Under the pieces are notes generated by a model. The model was not told the origin of the DNA and did not search any database. It worked only from the letters and a program-made list of their open reading frames with translations. Positions 31,314 to 41,996 of a stretch of DNA of 64,000 nt are shown one piece after another. Location of the stretch: assembly GCA_965222225.1 (NCBI GenBank), contig CBDCTK010000002.1:3648001-3712000 (forward strand), written 5' to 3'. This stretch comes from Candidatus Poribacteria bacterium (GTDB lineage Bacteria; Poribacteria; WGA-4E; JAJDTR01). A program made the position numbers and the translations under genes. Each line of letters starts with the position of its first letter. The first letter of the stretch is position 1.

Positions 31314-32417
31314 CTACCCTGTTGCGGCGCCATTTCGAAATCTCCGCACGAACTCCCGAATCTGTCGAGCGGTCAAATCATCACTCAAGTCGGAATCTAC
31401 GAGGCCTTCCAACGCACGAGCCAATCTAGCCTCCGCATCTCCCCACGCTTTGAGTAGCATTCTGTTTTTCTCCCTTCTCGGCTGAGCCGCCGCCGCCAAC
31501 AACCGATGGACAACTGAAAGGTAGAAGAGGATATTGTGGTAATCTAGCTGCGCGAAAACGTCTTCCTCAGAGATGCCTGACCGGTATGTGACAGCCCGGC
31601 TTGCGTAAGCGCCAATGACATCTCGATTCAGCAAGTTGATAAAGTTTCCACCCTCACGGTTTGCGCCCAGGCTATTGAAGAACTGAACGATTCGCCTTTC
31701 ACTCCAATCCCACCCCACACTCCCAAAATCCACGAAGGTGCTTTTTCCTGCGTCCATCACGATGTTGCGTGCATTATAGTCGAGCGTGCCCAGCGTCGCC
31801 GAGTTCCTATGGAGGGCTTGAGAGAATTTCGACCAAAACTTGTCAAGATCCGATGATTCCGTCTCGCCGATCGACTGAGCTAGATAGCCCATCGTTTTTC
31901 GACCTTGGTCTAGCATCTCCTGCATCCTCTGACGCAGATAGGTCGGATAGTCCAGCGGGTAAACATACGGCGCGAAATCCGTTTGGCGGTCGGCGAAACT
32001 TTTCTCTATTTGACAAAATTCACCAAGAGCGCTGATTATCACTTCCTTCAGCGACTCAAGGGGCGTTGTTTGAGCCAAATCGTCAAGCGTTGATTCGCCG
32101 CGCCAATCCAACAGCAGGCAGAAATCCGGATCCGATTGCCACACAATCTCTGGGACACTGCAACCGGCGTCGCGCAGCGTCGAAAGCACTGCCGATTCTA
32201 CCTCAAATGGCGTAAACGCCGAATCCCCGATGGGGCGTGTGATAAAGTGCTGTTTGAGCAGGTAGCTCTGTCCATTAACTATCACCCGCCAGAGGCTGTT
32301 TCTCTCGACGCTGCCGTGCTTTATCGGCGCGACGTGCAGGCATTCCGGCGACTTACCAAATAGATCCGCAACCTTTGGAATAATACGCGGCAATTCAGGG
32401 AACATAGGCGTGAGCAC
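31314..32417 (-). CDS. APH/choline-kinase-like phosphotransferase
   Basis: YLLK, LDYNARNI and FVDFG kinase-fold motifs. Confidence 0.75.
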   Translation of the reverse strand: MLTPMFPELPRIIPKVADLFGKSPECLHVAPIKHGSVERNSLWRVIVNGQSYLLKQHFITRPIGDSAFTPFEVESAVLSTLRDAGCSVPEIVWQSDPDFCLLLDWRGESTLDDLAQTTPLESLKEVIISALGEFCQIEKSFADRQTDFAPYVYPLDYPTYLRQRMQEMLDQGRKTMGYLAQSIGETESSDLDKFWSKFSQALHRNSATLGTLDYNARNIVMDAGKSTFVDFGSVGWDWSERRIVQFFNSLGANREGGNFINLLNRDVIGAYASRAVTYRSGISEEDVFAQLDYHNILFYLSVVHRLLAAAAQPRREKNRMLLKAWGDAEARLARALEGLVDSDLSDDLTARQIREFVRRFRNGAATG

Positions 32418-32748
32418 CCAGTCGATCGAATCTGTTGCGGAGCAGTATACCGCAAGTCAGCCCATCGTTCCAACCCTATCGTGTTTAGCTAGCCAAACTG
32501 CCTGCGACTAGTGTAGGGGACTGCCCCTGTGCCGTCCCGGAATTGTAGGGTGGGATCGGCGATTGTCAAATCGTCGAATTCCCTTCATCTCTTACCGCCC
32601 ATCATCCTTCCCTTCTTCCACCCTTCCATCCTTCCTCATCCCCTGCGATTCGATGCAATTGCCCTTGTTCGCATGTATTGTCTATCGCATCTGGAGGCCG
32701 GATGTGATATAATTAACCGCTAATTTTTGTTGAAATCGGGAGCATAAC

Positions 32749-35700
32749 GTGTCAAAGATTAAACTCATCGTCTGGTTAATTTTCCTTTTGTCCGGGGCAA
32801 GCGGCCTCGTCTATGAAGTCATCTGGACGCGCCAACTCACGCTGCTTTTCGGCAGCACCGTGTTCGCTACAAGCACAGTCTTGACGGCGTTTATGGCGGG
32901 ATTGGCACTTGGAAGCTACTACTTCGGACGCTTGGCAGACCGCGAGAAACGCCCATTGCGTCTGTACGCCCTCCTCGAAGTCGGAATTGGGGTGTTCGCA
33001 CTGATTTGGCCCCTGCTATTAAGCGTGTTGAACGCCATATACATTCTCGCGTATCGAGGCCTTGATGCCGAATTTTACTCCCTATCGTTGATCCGTTTTG
33101 TCCTTTCGTTCCTCGTGCTGCTCCTTCCATCAACGTTGATGGGCGGAACACTCCCCATCCTGAGCCGCTTCTTTGTAAACCGCTTGGAAAAACTCGGTCT
33201 CAATGTCGGTGCGCTTTACGCGTTAAACACCTTCGGCGCCGTTGTCGGCTGTGTCGCGGCGGGATTTTTCTTAATCCAGTTCCTGGGAGTCCAAGCGTCA
33301 ATTTACCTTGCCGCGGCGATAAATTTTGGTGTCGCCATTACCGCTTTTCTGCTAGACCGAAAGAGCATCCGGACTGCGAAGCCAAGCGACGATGGGATGA
33401 GCGAAACACAACCCGCCTCCGAGTCAGCGCCTGCCGATACCGGCTCTGCCCCGGTTTTCCGTCTAGTTCTTTGGGCTTTCGCCGTATCCGGGTTCTGTGC
33501 GCTCTCCTACGAAGTCTTCTGGACTCGGATTCTCGTCTTCTTCCTCGGTAGCACGACCTATGCCTTCTCGACGATGCTGGCGGCTTTTCTCTTCGGAATT
33601 GCGCTAGGGAGTTTCATCTTTGCGTGGGTTGCCGATCGCCTGAAAGCCCTTGTCAACCTCTTCGGTCTGGTTCAGATCGGGATCGGGTTAGCAGCAGTGG
33701 CGCTAATCCCCGCGTTCGGAGGACTATACGACATCAGCAGCACGCTCCAATCCATGTTCGGAGGGGGGCGGTTCTGGTCATTTGTCGCCTGCGTCATCGT
33801 GATGAGCGTTCCGACGCTATTGATGGGGATCAGTTTTCCACTCGTCGCTCGCATCTACACGGTTAATGCGGCGAAACTTGGTCGCAGCATCGGGAATGTC
33901 TACGCGCTCAACACCGTCGGATCTATCCTTGGCGCCTTCTGTGCCGGGTTCATTCTGATTCCTCTAATCGGTATCCGCCCGGGCATCGTCCTGATGGCGA
34001 TGCTGAACGTCATCACCGGGTGTGTCCTAATCTTGCGGAACGAAAAGCGATCGAGATTCTTCAACGGCGCGGCGGTCGGAGGGACCGTCCTGACCGTTGG
34101 GATTGCCGTAATTATCCTCTTCGTAGCGAACAAACCGCTCTTTCTCAAAAGTGCCATTTTCCGCACACAGCGACCGGGCGACACCGTCATTGATTACAAA
34201 GAAGAGGTTGACGCAACAGTTACGACGCTTAAGGACGATGAAGATGTGTACCGGCTATATGTGGATACGAATCAGGCAGCCGATGCTTCCCGTTGGGATT
34301 CGCCATCGCATCGCGTCATTGCGCACCTCCCGCTGCTCCTGCATCCCAACCCGAAACGAGCGCTTGTGGTAGGATTCGGCATGGGCGTAACCTCCTACTC
34401 AATCACGCAGCACGGTGTTCGCGTCGACGCCGTCGAGATCTCGAAAGGAGTAATTGACTCCGCGCGAGCGCATTTCAGCCATGTGAACCACGACGTTCTT
34501 GATAATCCGCTCTTCAGCCATTCAGTCAATGACGGACGGAACTATATTCTGATGACCGAGCGGAAATACGACATGATCTCAACCGGAATTATCCATCCAT
34601 TGGTCAGTGCGGGAAGTTCAAACATCTACACGGCGGATTTTTACCGACTTTGCCAGCGGATCCTAACCGACGACGGAATCATGTGCCAATGGGTGCCGCT
34701 GCACCGCGTGCCCGAGGAACACTACAAGACAATCGTGAGAACATTCGTCAAGGTGTTTCCCCACACAACGCTCTGGTACAAATATACCCCTGATTTTGTC
34801 ATCTTGATCGGCACGCCTCGACCACTCAGGATTAACTACAATGACTTTCTGGCGCGCGCCCAAATCCCAAGCATCCGTGAAGGGTTGGCGCACGATGATT
34901 TGGACGGTATGTCACTGCTCGACTCGTTCATGATGGGCGAGAAACGGGTGCTCGAATATGTTGGGGAGGGGCGCATTCATACAGACAACCACCCGCTTCT
35001 GGAATTTTTCCGTACGCAAGATTTGGCGAATACAACAGCTGCCAACGTCGCCGGGATGACGAAACACCGCGAACGGGTGACCTCCTATTTGGACAACTAC
35101 GGACGCACGATGGGCGAAAAGGCGGAGGTCAGACGTAAGTCTCGTGTATACTTCAATGCCACTCAGAAACTGATTGGCGGACAGATTGAGTACGCTAAGG
35201 GACAATACGACCGAGCGGCCGGTTTGCTAAATCAGGCAGTCGCCATCAATCCGGATGATGACACGATTCGCTATAACCTCCGTGTTGTCGCGGACCTCTT
35301 CAACAAGGAATACCAAGGGGAACTCAAGCAACTTGAGCAACTCGTGAAACAGGCGCAGCAGAAGGACCCCAAAGACGCCGAGGGTTATTTCCAACTGGCA
35401 GTCATTTACGAAGGGCAAGGCAAGCTGGAGGAGGCAGGCGAAGCATTGGAGCAGGCAATCGATCTCGCGCCGGATCAAGTCCATTTCTTCCTACTGCTTG
35501 GACCCATCTATGAGCGGCAAGATCGCTTTGACGAGGCATTGCGCACCTACCAGCGGCTTGAAACAGTGGATGCAAACCTACCGTCCCCAATCTTGCAGGC
35601 GATGGCGTTAATCCAGCATCAAAAGAACGAGCACGACGAAGCGCTTAACTACGCTCAACGGGCGTTTGAGGCGGACGCAACTTCATGGCGCGTCCATTAT

Positions 35701-35937
35701 CTCTTGGGTAGCATTCATGCCGCTCAAGCTCGGGTTCAGTTAGCGATTCAATTCTATCGACGGGCAATCGAACTCGCACCCAATGAACCGATACCGCACA
35801 CCGACTTGGCAGCGTTATATTTCTCGCAAAAGCGGTATGATGACGCACTGAAAGCCAATGCGTCTGCAATCCGCCTCGTACCCGATGTTCCGGAACTTGA
35901 GGAGCAGCGACGACGGATCCAGGATGCGATGCGATAG
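32749..35937 (+). CDS. fused MFS-like/spermidine synthase protein with C-terminal TPRs
   Basis: SGASGLVYEVIW, LYALNTFGA, VVGFGMG, AVEIS and DGRNY motifs; TPR repeats. Confidence 0.9.
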   Translation: MSKIKLIVWLIFLLSGASGLVYEVIWTRQLTLLFGSTVFATSTVLTAFMAGLALGSYYFGRLADREKRPLRLYALLEVGIGVFALIWPLLLSVLNAIYILAYRGLDAEFYSLSLIRFVLSFLVLLLPSTLMGGTLPILSRFFVNRLEKLGLNVGALYALNTFGAVVGCVAAGFFLIQFLGVQASIYLAAAINFGVAITAFLLDRKSIRTAKPSDDGMSETQPASESAPADTGSAPVFRLVLWAFAVSGFCALSYEVFWTRILVFFLGSTTYAFSTMLAAFLFGIALGSFIFAWVADRLKALVNLFGLVQIGIGLAAVALIPAFGGLYDISSTLQSMFGGGRFWSFVACVIVMSVPTLLMGISFPLVARIYTVNAAKLGRSIGNVYALNTVGSILGAFCAGFILIPLIGIRPGIVLMAMLNVITGCVLILRNEKRSRFFNGAAVGGTVLTVGIAVIILFVANKPLFLKSAIFRTQRPGDTVIDYKEEVDATVTTLKDDEDVYRLYVDTNQAADASRWDSPSHRVIAHLPLLLHPNPKRALVVGFGMGVTSYSITQHGVRVDAVEISKGVIDSARAHFSHVNHDVLDNPLFSHSVNDGRNYILMTERKYDMISTGIIHPLVSAGSSNIYTADFYRLCQRILTDDGIMCQWVPLHRVPEEHYKTIVRTFVKVFPHTTLWYKYTPDFVILIGTPRPLRINYNDFLARAQIPSIREGLAHDDLDGMSLLDSFMMGEKRVLEYVGEGRIHTDNHPLLEFFRTQDLANTTAANVAGMTKHRERVTSYLDNYGRTMGEKAEVRRKSRVYFNATQKLIGGQIEYAKGQYDRAAGLLNQAVAINPDDDTIRYNLRVVADLFNKEYQGELKQLEQLVKQAQQKDPKDAEGYFQLAVIYEGQGKLEEAGEALEQAIDLAPDQVHFFLLLGPIYERQDRFDEALRTYQRLETVDANLPSPILQAMALIQHQKNEHDEALNYAQRAFEADATSWRVHYLLGSIHAAQARVQLAIQFYRRAIELAPNEPIPHTDLAALYFSQKRYDDALKANASAIRLVPDVPELEEQRRRIQDAMR

Positions 35938-36049
35938 AAGTCTTCTGGCTGTCATTTTGGTCGATTTAAACCCTATTGAGAATCATCACTGTAAATACTT
36001 TTGCTTTTTTATAGAGATTCAGGAAGTAAAAAGGAGCTATCGGTAACAA

Positions 36050-37303
36050 ATGCAGATTCAATCACCAAAGGGGACGCGAGACATCCTCCCTTCAGACATC
36101 CAAACTTGGCAGTGGGTGGAGAAAGTCGCGCGGTCGATTTTCGAGACCTACGGCTATCAAGAGATTCGCACGCCGATTTTCGAGAGCACCGAACTCTTTG
36201 TGCGCGGCGTAGGCGATACCACCGACATCGTTGAAAAGGAGATGTACACCTTCAACGACAAAGCCAACCGCAGCATCACGCTCCGTCCGGAAGGCACGGC
36301 GCCGGTAGTTCGCGCGATTCTCCAGAATCGGCTGCTGGAGGGAACGAATGTGCTGAAGCTGTACTACAATGGACGAATGTACCGCTACGAAAGACCGCAG
36401 GCTGGACGTTTTCGCGAGCACTGGCAGGTGGGAGTGGAAGTCTTCGGGGCTGCGGACCCCGCCGTAGATGCGGAAGTTATTTCACTAGCCCACCACTTTT
36501 ACTCGACGCTCGGTTTCAAAGATCTGATGTTACGCCTCAACACCATCGGCGATCGCGCTTGCCGCCCAAACTATGTAACGGAACTCAAGACGTTCACAAA
36601 AAGCCGCCTGGACCTCTTCTGCAAAGAGTGCCAAGGTCGCTATGAACGCAATCCGTTACGCCTCTTCGATTGCAAGAAGGGCTGCCGCGAAATCCTGAAT
36701 GAAGGGCCTCGACTGGTGGACTACCTATGTGAACCGTGCCGTGAACATTTCGACTCGGTCAAGAGTTACTTGGAGGTGTCACAGATTGATTATACCGAAA
36801 ATCCGGATCTCGTGAGAGGGATGGATTACTACTCTCGCACCACGTTTGAATTCACCGCGGGCGGTCTCGGTGCACAGAACGCAATCGGAGGCGGCGGACG
36901 CTACGATTACCTTGTCGAAGAACTCGGCAATAAGCCGACACCGGGCATCGGGTTCGGGCTTGGCGTTGACCGCATAATTCTCGCCTTGAAGGCGCAAGAA
37001 GTTGCGATTCCGACGCAGCCACCCGTCGAAGTGTATATCGCCGTGCTCGGGGAAGAGACGATGCCCGCCGCCTTTCAGTTGGCGCAACGCCTTCGGGTGG
37101 GAGACATCAGAACCGAGCTTGAGTACACCGGACGCAGCTTGAAAGCCCAGATGAAGACAGCAAACAAGCTGAATGCGCGGTATGTCGTCATCCTCGGTGA
37201 AGATGAAATTCGGGACAAAACGGCGACAATTCGCGATATGGAGACCGGCGACCAACAATCCATCGCGTTCGATCGATTAGTAGACGAACTTAGGAAACAG
37301 TAA
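36050..37303 (+). CDS. hisS: histidine--tRNA ligase
   Basis: LRPEGTA, YRYERPQAGR, VRGMDYY and GGGRYD motifs. Confidence 0.98.
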   Translation: MQIQSPKGTRDILPSDIQTWQWVEKVARSIFETYGYQEIRTPIFESTELFVRGVGDTTDIVEKEMYTFNDKANRSITLRPEGTAPVVRAILQNRLLEGTNVLKLYYNGRMYRYERPQAGRFREHWQVGVEVFGAADPAVDAEVISLAHHFYSTLGFKDLMLRLNTIGDRACRPNYVTELKTFTKSRLDLFCKECQGRYERNPLRLFDCKKGCREILNEGPRLVDYLCEPCREHFDSVKSYLEVSQIDYTENPDLVRGMDYYSRTTFEFTAGGLGAQNAIGGGGRYDYLVEELGNKPTPGIGFGLGVDRIILALKAQEVAIPTQPPVEVYIAVLGEETMPAAFQLAQRLRVGDIRTELEYTGRSLKAQMKTANKLNARYVVILGEDEIRDKTATIRDMETGDQQSIAFDRLVDELRKQ

Positions 37304-37318
37304 ATCTAGGGAGCTTTC

Positions 37319-37339
37319 GTAGGGTGGGCACTGCCCACC
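37319..37339 (+). repeat. GTAG-type REP (GTAGGGTGGGCACTGCCCACC family)
   Basis: Copies or variants also at 37720, 39937, 39992, 46767, 47359, 55064, 25771 and ~21378 (minus strand). Confidence 0.9.
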
Positions 37340-37372
37340 AGCCTTTTTTCCATGCAATATCCCCTCTAGGCG

Positions 37373-37441
37373 ATCAAGCGAACGAATAGATCAACCGAGT
37401 GAATAGCGAGGACGATAGAGATCCCAGTGCGATAGAGATCC
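37373..37441 (+). repeat. 36-nt element inserted into another copy
   Basis: Outer 37373-37389 plus 37426-37441; inner 37390-37425. Confidence 0.9.
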
Positions 37442-37915
37442 ATGAAGGTTTATAGAACCGCAGAAACCCAACGCATCTAAGCCCCAGCGCGGGCGATAGA
37501 AGTCCCACAGGTGACAACTTGCGTTAATCTAGGAAATCCTTGTAGGGAATAAAGATCGTTATTCCCCTTATGATGTCCCGAATCAACGTGCATCGGAAGG
37601 CAGACATCGTTTATGGCAGCGCAATTCACCCCATGCCTACTGTAGGAGCGAGTTTCACTCGCGACAGAAGGTCGCGCCACCTAGAGGAGGTCTCTGCGGA
37701 ACTCTATCGCGCTCCTATGGTAGGGTGGGCATTGCCCACCATTCCCAAACGCGTTGATCGCGCCGCAAACCAACTCAAACTTCATTGTGATTCCACCGCA
37801 GATCGGTTTGTAGCAGCAATCTTCGACTATAAAATCGCCCATTTCCCTTTTTCAGTGCACCTCATGAATAAAACTCTGACCTACTCATACAACAAGGAGA
37901 AACGAAATACACAAA

Positions 37916-39913
37916 ATGCCTGAAATGAAAAGGACGCACTATTGCGGAGAACTACGGCTCGCCGATGCCGGAAAATCTGCCCGATTAACCGGCTGGGTAG
38001 CCCGCCGTCGAGATCACGGCGGCGTCATTTTCGTCGACGTGCGGGATCGGACGGGAATCACCCAGGTCGTCTTTGACCCCGAGATTGACCCCGAGCCGCA
38101 CCAACTAGCACACCAGATCCGGAACGAATTTGTGCTGAGCGTCGCCGGAAGCGTGCGCGAGCGCGTCGAAGGCGATTTATTGGCGCTGACCGATCGGAAG
38201 CATCAAGCCGACCTTGATGCCGGGCATCTCTCCGAAGAATTGAAATCCACTTTCGAGAACGATAGACATTCACTCTCGGCGGATGTGACGATTTCCGTTC
38301 GAGAAGCCGGAAGCCGATGGCTTATCACCGACAATGAAAGCAAGCGCACCTACGCGGCCAAAGTCGTTGACGATGCCCTCCACATCTATCAGGGCACCAT
38401 CAATCCGGAACTTGCCACGGGCGAAATCGAACTGGCAACGGTTCAGCTTGAGATTTTGAACCGCGCCGAAACGCCTCCGTTCCCCGTTGAGGATGATATC
38501 GACACCGACGAGGAGATTCGCATGATATACCGATACATCGATCTCCGTCGTCCCAAGATGCAAAAGACTTTGGCGGTTCGACACAAAGCCATGCTCGCCG
38601 CCCGGAAATACATGGATGAACAGGGGTTCCTTGAAATCGAAACCCCAATCCTGATGAACAGCACGCCGGAAGGCGCACGGGACGTGCTGGTGCCAAGCCG
38701 ACTCAACGCTGGCAGCTTCTACGCGCTTCCCCAGTCGCCGCAGCAGTTCAAGCAAATCTTGATGATGAGCGGCGTCGATCGCTATTTCCAGATTCCTCGC
38801 TGCTTCCGCGATGAGGACACCCGCGCCGACCGCCAACTTGAGTTCACGCAACTCGATCTTGAGATGTCTTTCGCGACGGTGGATGACGTTCTCGAAGTCA
38901 CAGAGGGGTTGATGAAACGCATGTTTGAGGAAGCTGCGGACATTCCCGTACCAACGCCGTTTCCGCGTATCTCCTACCACGACTCCATGACGCGGTTCGG
39001 CAACGACAAACCGGACACCCGTTTCGGGATGGAGCTCTCCGAGCTCTCCGACCTCGTCGCCGACTGTGATTTCAAGGTGTTTACCGGTGCCTTGGAACGA
39101 AAGGGGCGGGTCAAGGGAATCGCCGTTCCCGGCGGAGCGGTGTTTTCCAGAAAAGAGATTGAGAACTTGACCGAATTTGTCGCAATCTACAAAGCGAGGG
39201 GATTGGCGTGGATTAAAGTCGCAGAGAAGGGATTCGAGTCCAGCATCGTCAAGTTCTTCAGCGAGGAGACGCTCAAGGCGGTGGCGGAACGGATGGGAGC
39301 AAAGCCGGGTGACATCATGATGTTCGTCGCCGATAAGCCGAAGATAGTCGCCGACGCCCTGTCGAATCTCCGACTTCGGCTCGGACGGCAACTCGGTCTT
39401 ATCGACGAGAGCCGTTTCGACTTCCTGTGGATTGTCGATTATCCGCTATTCGAGTGGAACGAAGACGAAAACCGTTACGAACCCTTCCACCATCTCTTCA
39501 CCGCGCCCACCGACGACAGCATTCCGCTTTTGGAGACCGATCCGGGGGACGCCCAATCGCAGCACTACGATCTCGTCATCAACGGCATAGAGATTTGCAG
39601 CGGCAGCGTACGAATCCATCGCTGGGATATTCAGCAGAAAGTGTTGGAACTCCTGAACATCGGTCCCGAGGAAGTCGAAAGCCGATATGGCTACTTCATC
39701 AAAGCCTTGCAACACGGCACGCCGCCGCACGCCGGCATTGCGCCCGGGCTGGATCGCATCCTGATGCTGATGACCGGCGAAGAGAATATCCGCGAAGTCA
39801 TCGCCTTCCCGAAAACCCAAAAAGGCTTATGCCTCCTCACCAGCGCCCCCTCCCAAGTCACCGACGAGCAGTTGGAGGAATTATCAATCAAAGTGGATCT
39901 GGAGCAGGAATAA
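37916..39913 (+). CDS. aspS: aspartate--tRNA ligase (probably non-discriminating) with a ~74-aa insertion
   Basis: RRDHGG, FRDEDTRADRQLEF and PPHAGIAPGLDR motifs. Confidence 0.97.
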   Translation: MPEMKRTHYCGELRLADAGKSARLTGWVARRRDHGGVIFVDVRDRTGITQVVFDPEIDPEPHQLAHQIRNEFVLSVAGSVRERVEGDLLALTDRKHQADLDAGHLSEELKSTFENDRHSLSADVTISVREAGSRWLITDNESKRTYAAKVVDDALHIYQGTINPELATGEIELATVQLEILNRAETPPFPVEDDIDTDEEIRMIYRYIDLRRPKMQKTLAVRHKAMLAARKYMDEQGFLEIETPILMNSTPEGARDVLVPSRLNAGSFYALPQSPQQFKQILMMSGVDRYFQIPRCFRDEDTRADRQLEFTQLDLEMSFATVDDVLEVTEGLMKRMFEEAADIPVPTPFPRISYHDSMTRFGNDKPDTRFGMELSELSDLVADCDFKVFTGALERKGRVKGIAVPGGAVFSRKEIENLTEFVAIYKARGLAWIKVAEKGFESSIVKFFSEETLKAVAERMGAKPGDIMMFVADKPKIVADALSNLRLRLGRQLGLIDESRFDFLWIVDYPLFEWNEDENRYEPFHHLFTAPTDDSIPLLETDPGDAQSQHYDLVINGIEICSGSVRIHRWDIQQKVLELLNIGPEEVESRYGYFIKALQHGTPPHAGIAPGLDRILMLMTGEENIREVIAFPKTQKGLCLLTSAPSQVTDEQLEELSIKVDLEQE

Positions 39914-40131
39914 CTCATGCGGTGGTGTCCTGCTTTGTAGGGTGCGCATTGCGCACCAGCCTTTGTAAGCCCCAATGACGCGACAGTTGTTGTAGGGTAG
40001 GCATCGCCCACCAGCGTTTGATTTTATAGGGTGGGATTTGCGATTACAAATCGCAGATTTCTTCTCTTACCGCCCATCAGCCTTTGGTTTTGTAGCATAA
40101 ACATTCCCCACTAACAACGCCGTGTCGCCTA

Positions 40132-40413
40132 TTATGCGCGCTCGGTTTCGCGCACTCTTTTTCCGCGGTGATAGACATCGGTAGGCATGTCCTTGCGTGC
40201 GAGTGGGTGCGCTAAATTGTAATCCGCCCCCTGCTTTCTCAAGCGAACGCCACTCCCCGATGCAGCAATAACGCGTTCGTATTCCTCAATTAAACGGTAA
40301 AATTCCAATAGTAGTTGATGGTCAACTTTCGGTTTTTTTAGTATTTCCATGTCAGTTTTCCTGTGAGTCTTGACCCCTTGAACGAAAATAGAGTATTGCT
40401 GAGAGTTTTTCAT
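40132..40413 (-). CDS. hypothetical protein
   Basis: RBS GAAAGGA before the ATG at 40413; 93 aa. Confidence 0.5.
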   Translation of the reverse strand: MKNSQQYSIFVQGVKTHRKTDMEILKKPKVDHQLLLEFYRLIEEYERVIAASGSGVRLRKQGADYNLAHPLARKDMPTDVYHRGKRVRETERA

Positions 40414-40526
40414 GGTGAGCTTCCTTTCAATTTTGTAGTATAATATCATGATTTTACCGCTTAATTCCAGCGTTTTACCCTCACGACCAACGAACAATTT
40501 CAATCCCAATATCTGAGATAATCTTC

Positions 40527-41679
40527 ATGGCTGAATACATGAAAGGGATTAATCCCGACATAATCAAGTGGGCGAGAGAACGCTCGGGATACACGCTTAA
40601 GGAAGTCGCCGATTCCGTCAACAAGGACGCTGAAACCATCTCCAACTGGGAGTCCGGGAGTTCCGCACCGACCTATGCCCAGCTTGAAAAACTGGCTGAC
40701 AAATTCAAACGTCCCACCGCTCTGTTCTTCTTCCCAGAAATTCCACAAGAACCCAATCTCGTGAACCAGTTTTCGTTACGAAGTTCGGAAATTGAGAAAC
40801 TGAGTCCAAAAATCCATCTGCTATTGCGTCAAGCAGCCGCTAGACAGATTTCATTGATGGAGCTGAATATGGGCGTGAATCCTGCGGAAACAAGAATTTT
40901 TCGCGATCTTCATGCCCAACTTGATGCCCCTTTAGCGGACATAGCACGCCAAACCCGGGAGTATTTGGATGTGAGCGTTGAAACCCAAGCAAGTTGGAGC
41001 AACCCGACGAAGGCCCTCGAAATCTGGCGAGACCGTATTGAGGAAAAAGGCATCTTCGTATTCAAAGACGCATTCCGGAGCGACGTTGTTGATGGTTTTT
41101 GTCTAGTCCATAATGAGTTTCCTGTTATCTATCTGAACAATAGTATGCCCCATTCCAGACAGATTTTCACACTCTTTCATGAGTTGGCTCACTTACTGTT
41201 CCGGCGGAATGGCATCACACGCGGCGTCAAAATTGGAGGGGAGAGAATTGAGCGGTTTTGCAACCAATTTGCCGCTGAATTTCTGGTGCCATCTTCCGAT
41301 TTGGAAACGCGGCTTGATTTCCCAAATTACGATGATACTGCAATTGGGGAGTTGACAAGTCATTATAAAGTTAGTCGTCCGGTTATACTGCTCAAACTGA
41401 TCGAGCAAAACATCTTCACACCAGCCGACTATGAACATAAAGATAAAAAAATGGAAAGAGGTATACGAATCTAGCCTTGAAAAAGTGGCGGAGAGCAAGA
41501 GATCTGGCGGAGGAGACTATTACAATACCCGTGCAATCTACTTAGGCTACAGATTCCTAGAGCTCGCTTTCGGCAAATATCATCAAGGAGGGTGTTCAAT
41601 TGAAGAACTCGCAGGGCATCTGAATGTCAAAGTCAAGAATTTGCCTGGGCTGGAAGACCGTCTACTCGGAGGATCATGA
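40527..41679 (+). pseudogene. XRE-HTH + ImmA/IrrE metallopeptidase, frameshifted near the 3' end
   Basis: N-terminal HTH, FTLFHELAH, CNQFAAEFLVP; C-terminus (GGGDYY...LNVKVKNL) is in the +1 frame after the A-rich tract at 41439-41451. Confidence 0.85.
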
Positions 41680-41996
41680 AATCCTCGAATTCCCTTTTCA
41701 TCTTTCAGGTGCGTAAAAACTGTAAGGTAGGCATCGCCCACCGTGAAGGATTTGGCAAGTACCCAAGCCAGTTTTCGATCTGAAACTACGCGGTATTTTC
41801 CACTAGCCAAAATATCTAGAAAAGGGTATGATATCAACGTTGATACGCTAACCTTCGCGGAAATCTGATGTCTTCAAAGCGGCGTTTTAGGTTCGTAAAT
41901 GTGAAGATGGCGACCTGCCTTGTCTCTGCTTCGACGATTTGACTTTACTATAAATACTGGCAGTTTTAGAATAAAACGTACCACTGGAAGGAAATC

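Noticed and set aside
38174-38395. Intein in aspS
   Set aside because: Too short, and it lacks the N-terminal Cys/Ser and C-terminal His-Asn motifs.
38270-39391. Long antisense ORFs (also 52521-53351, 55864-56685 and others)
   Set aside because: These are shadows of GC3-rich sense genes with no recognisable motifs.
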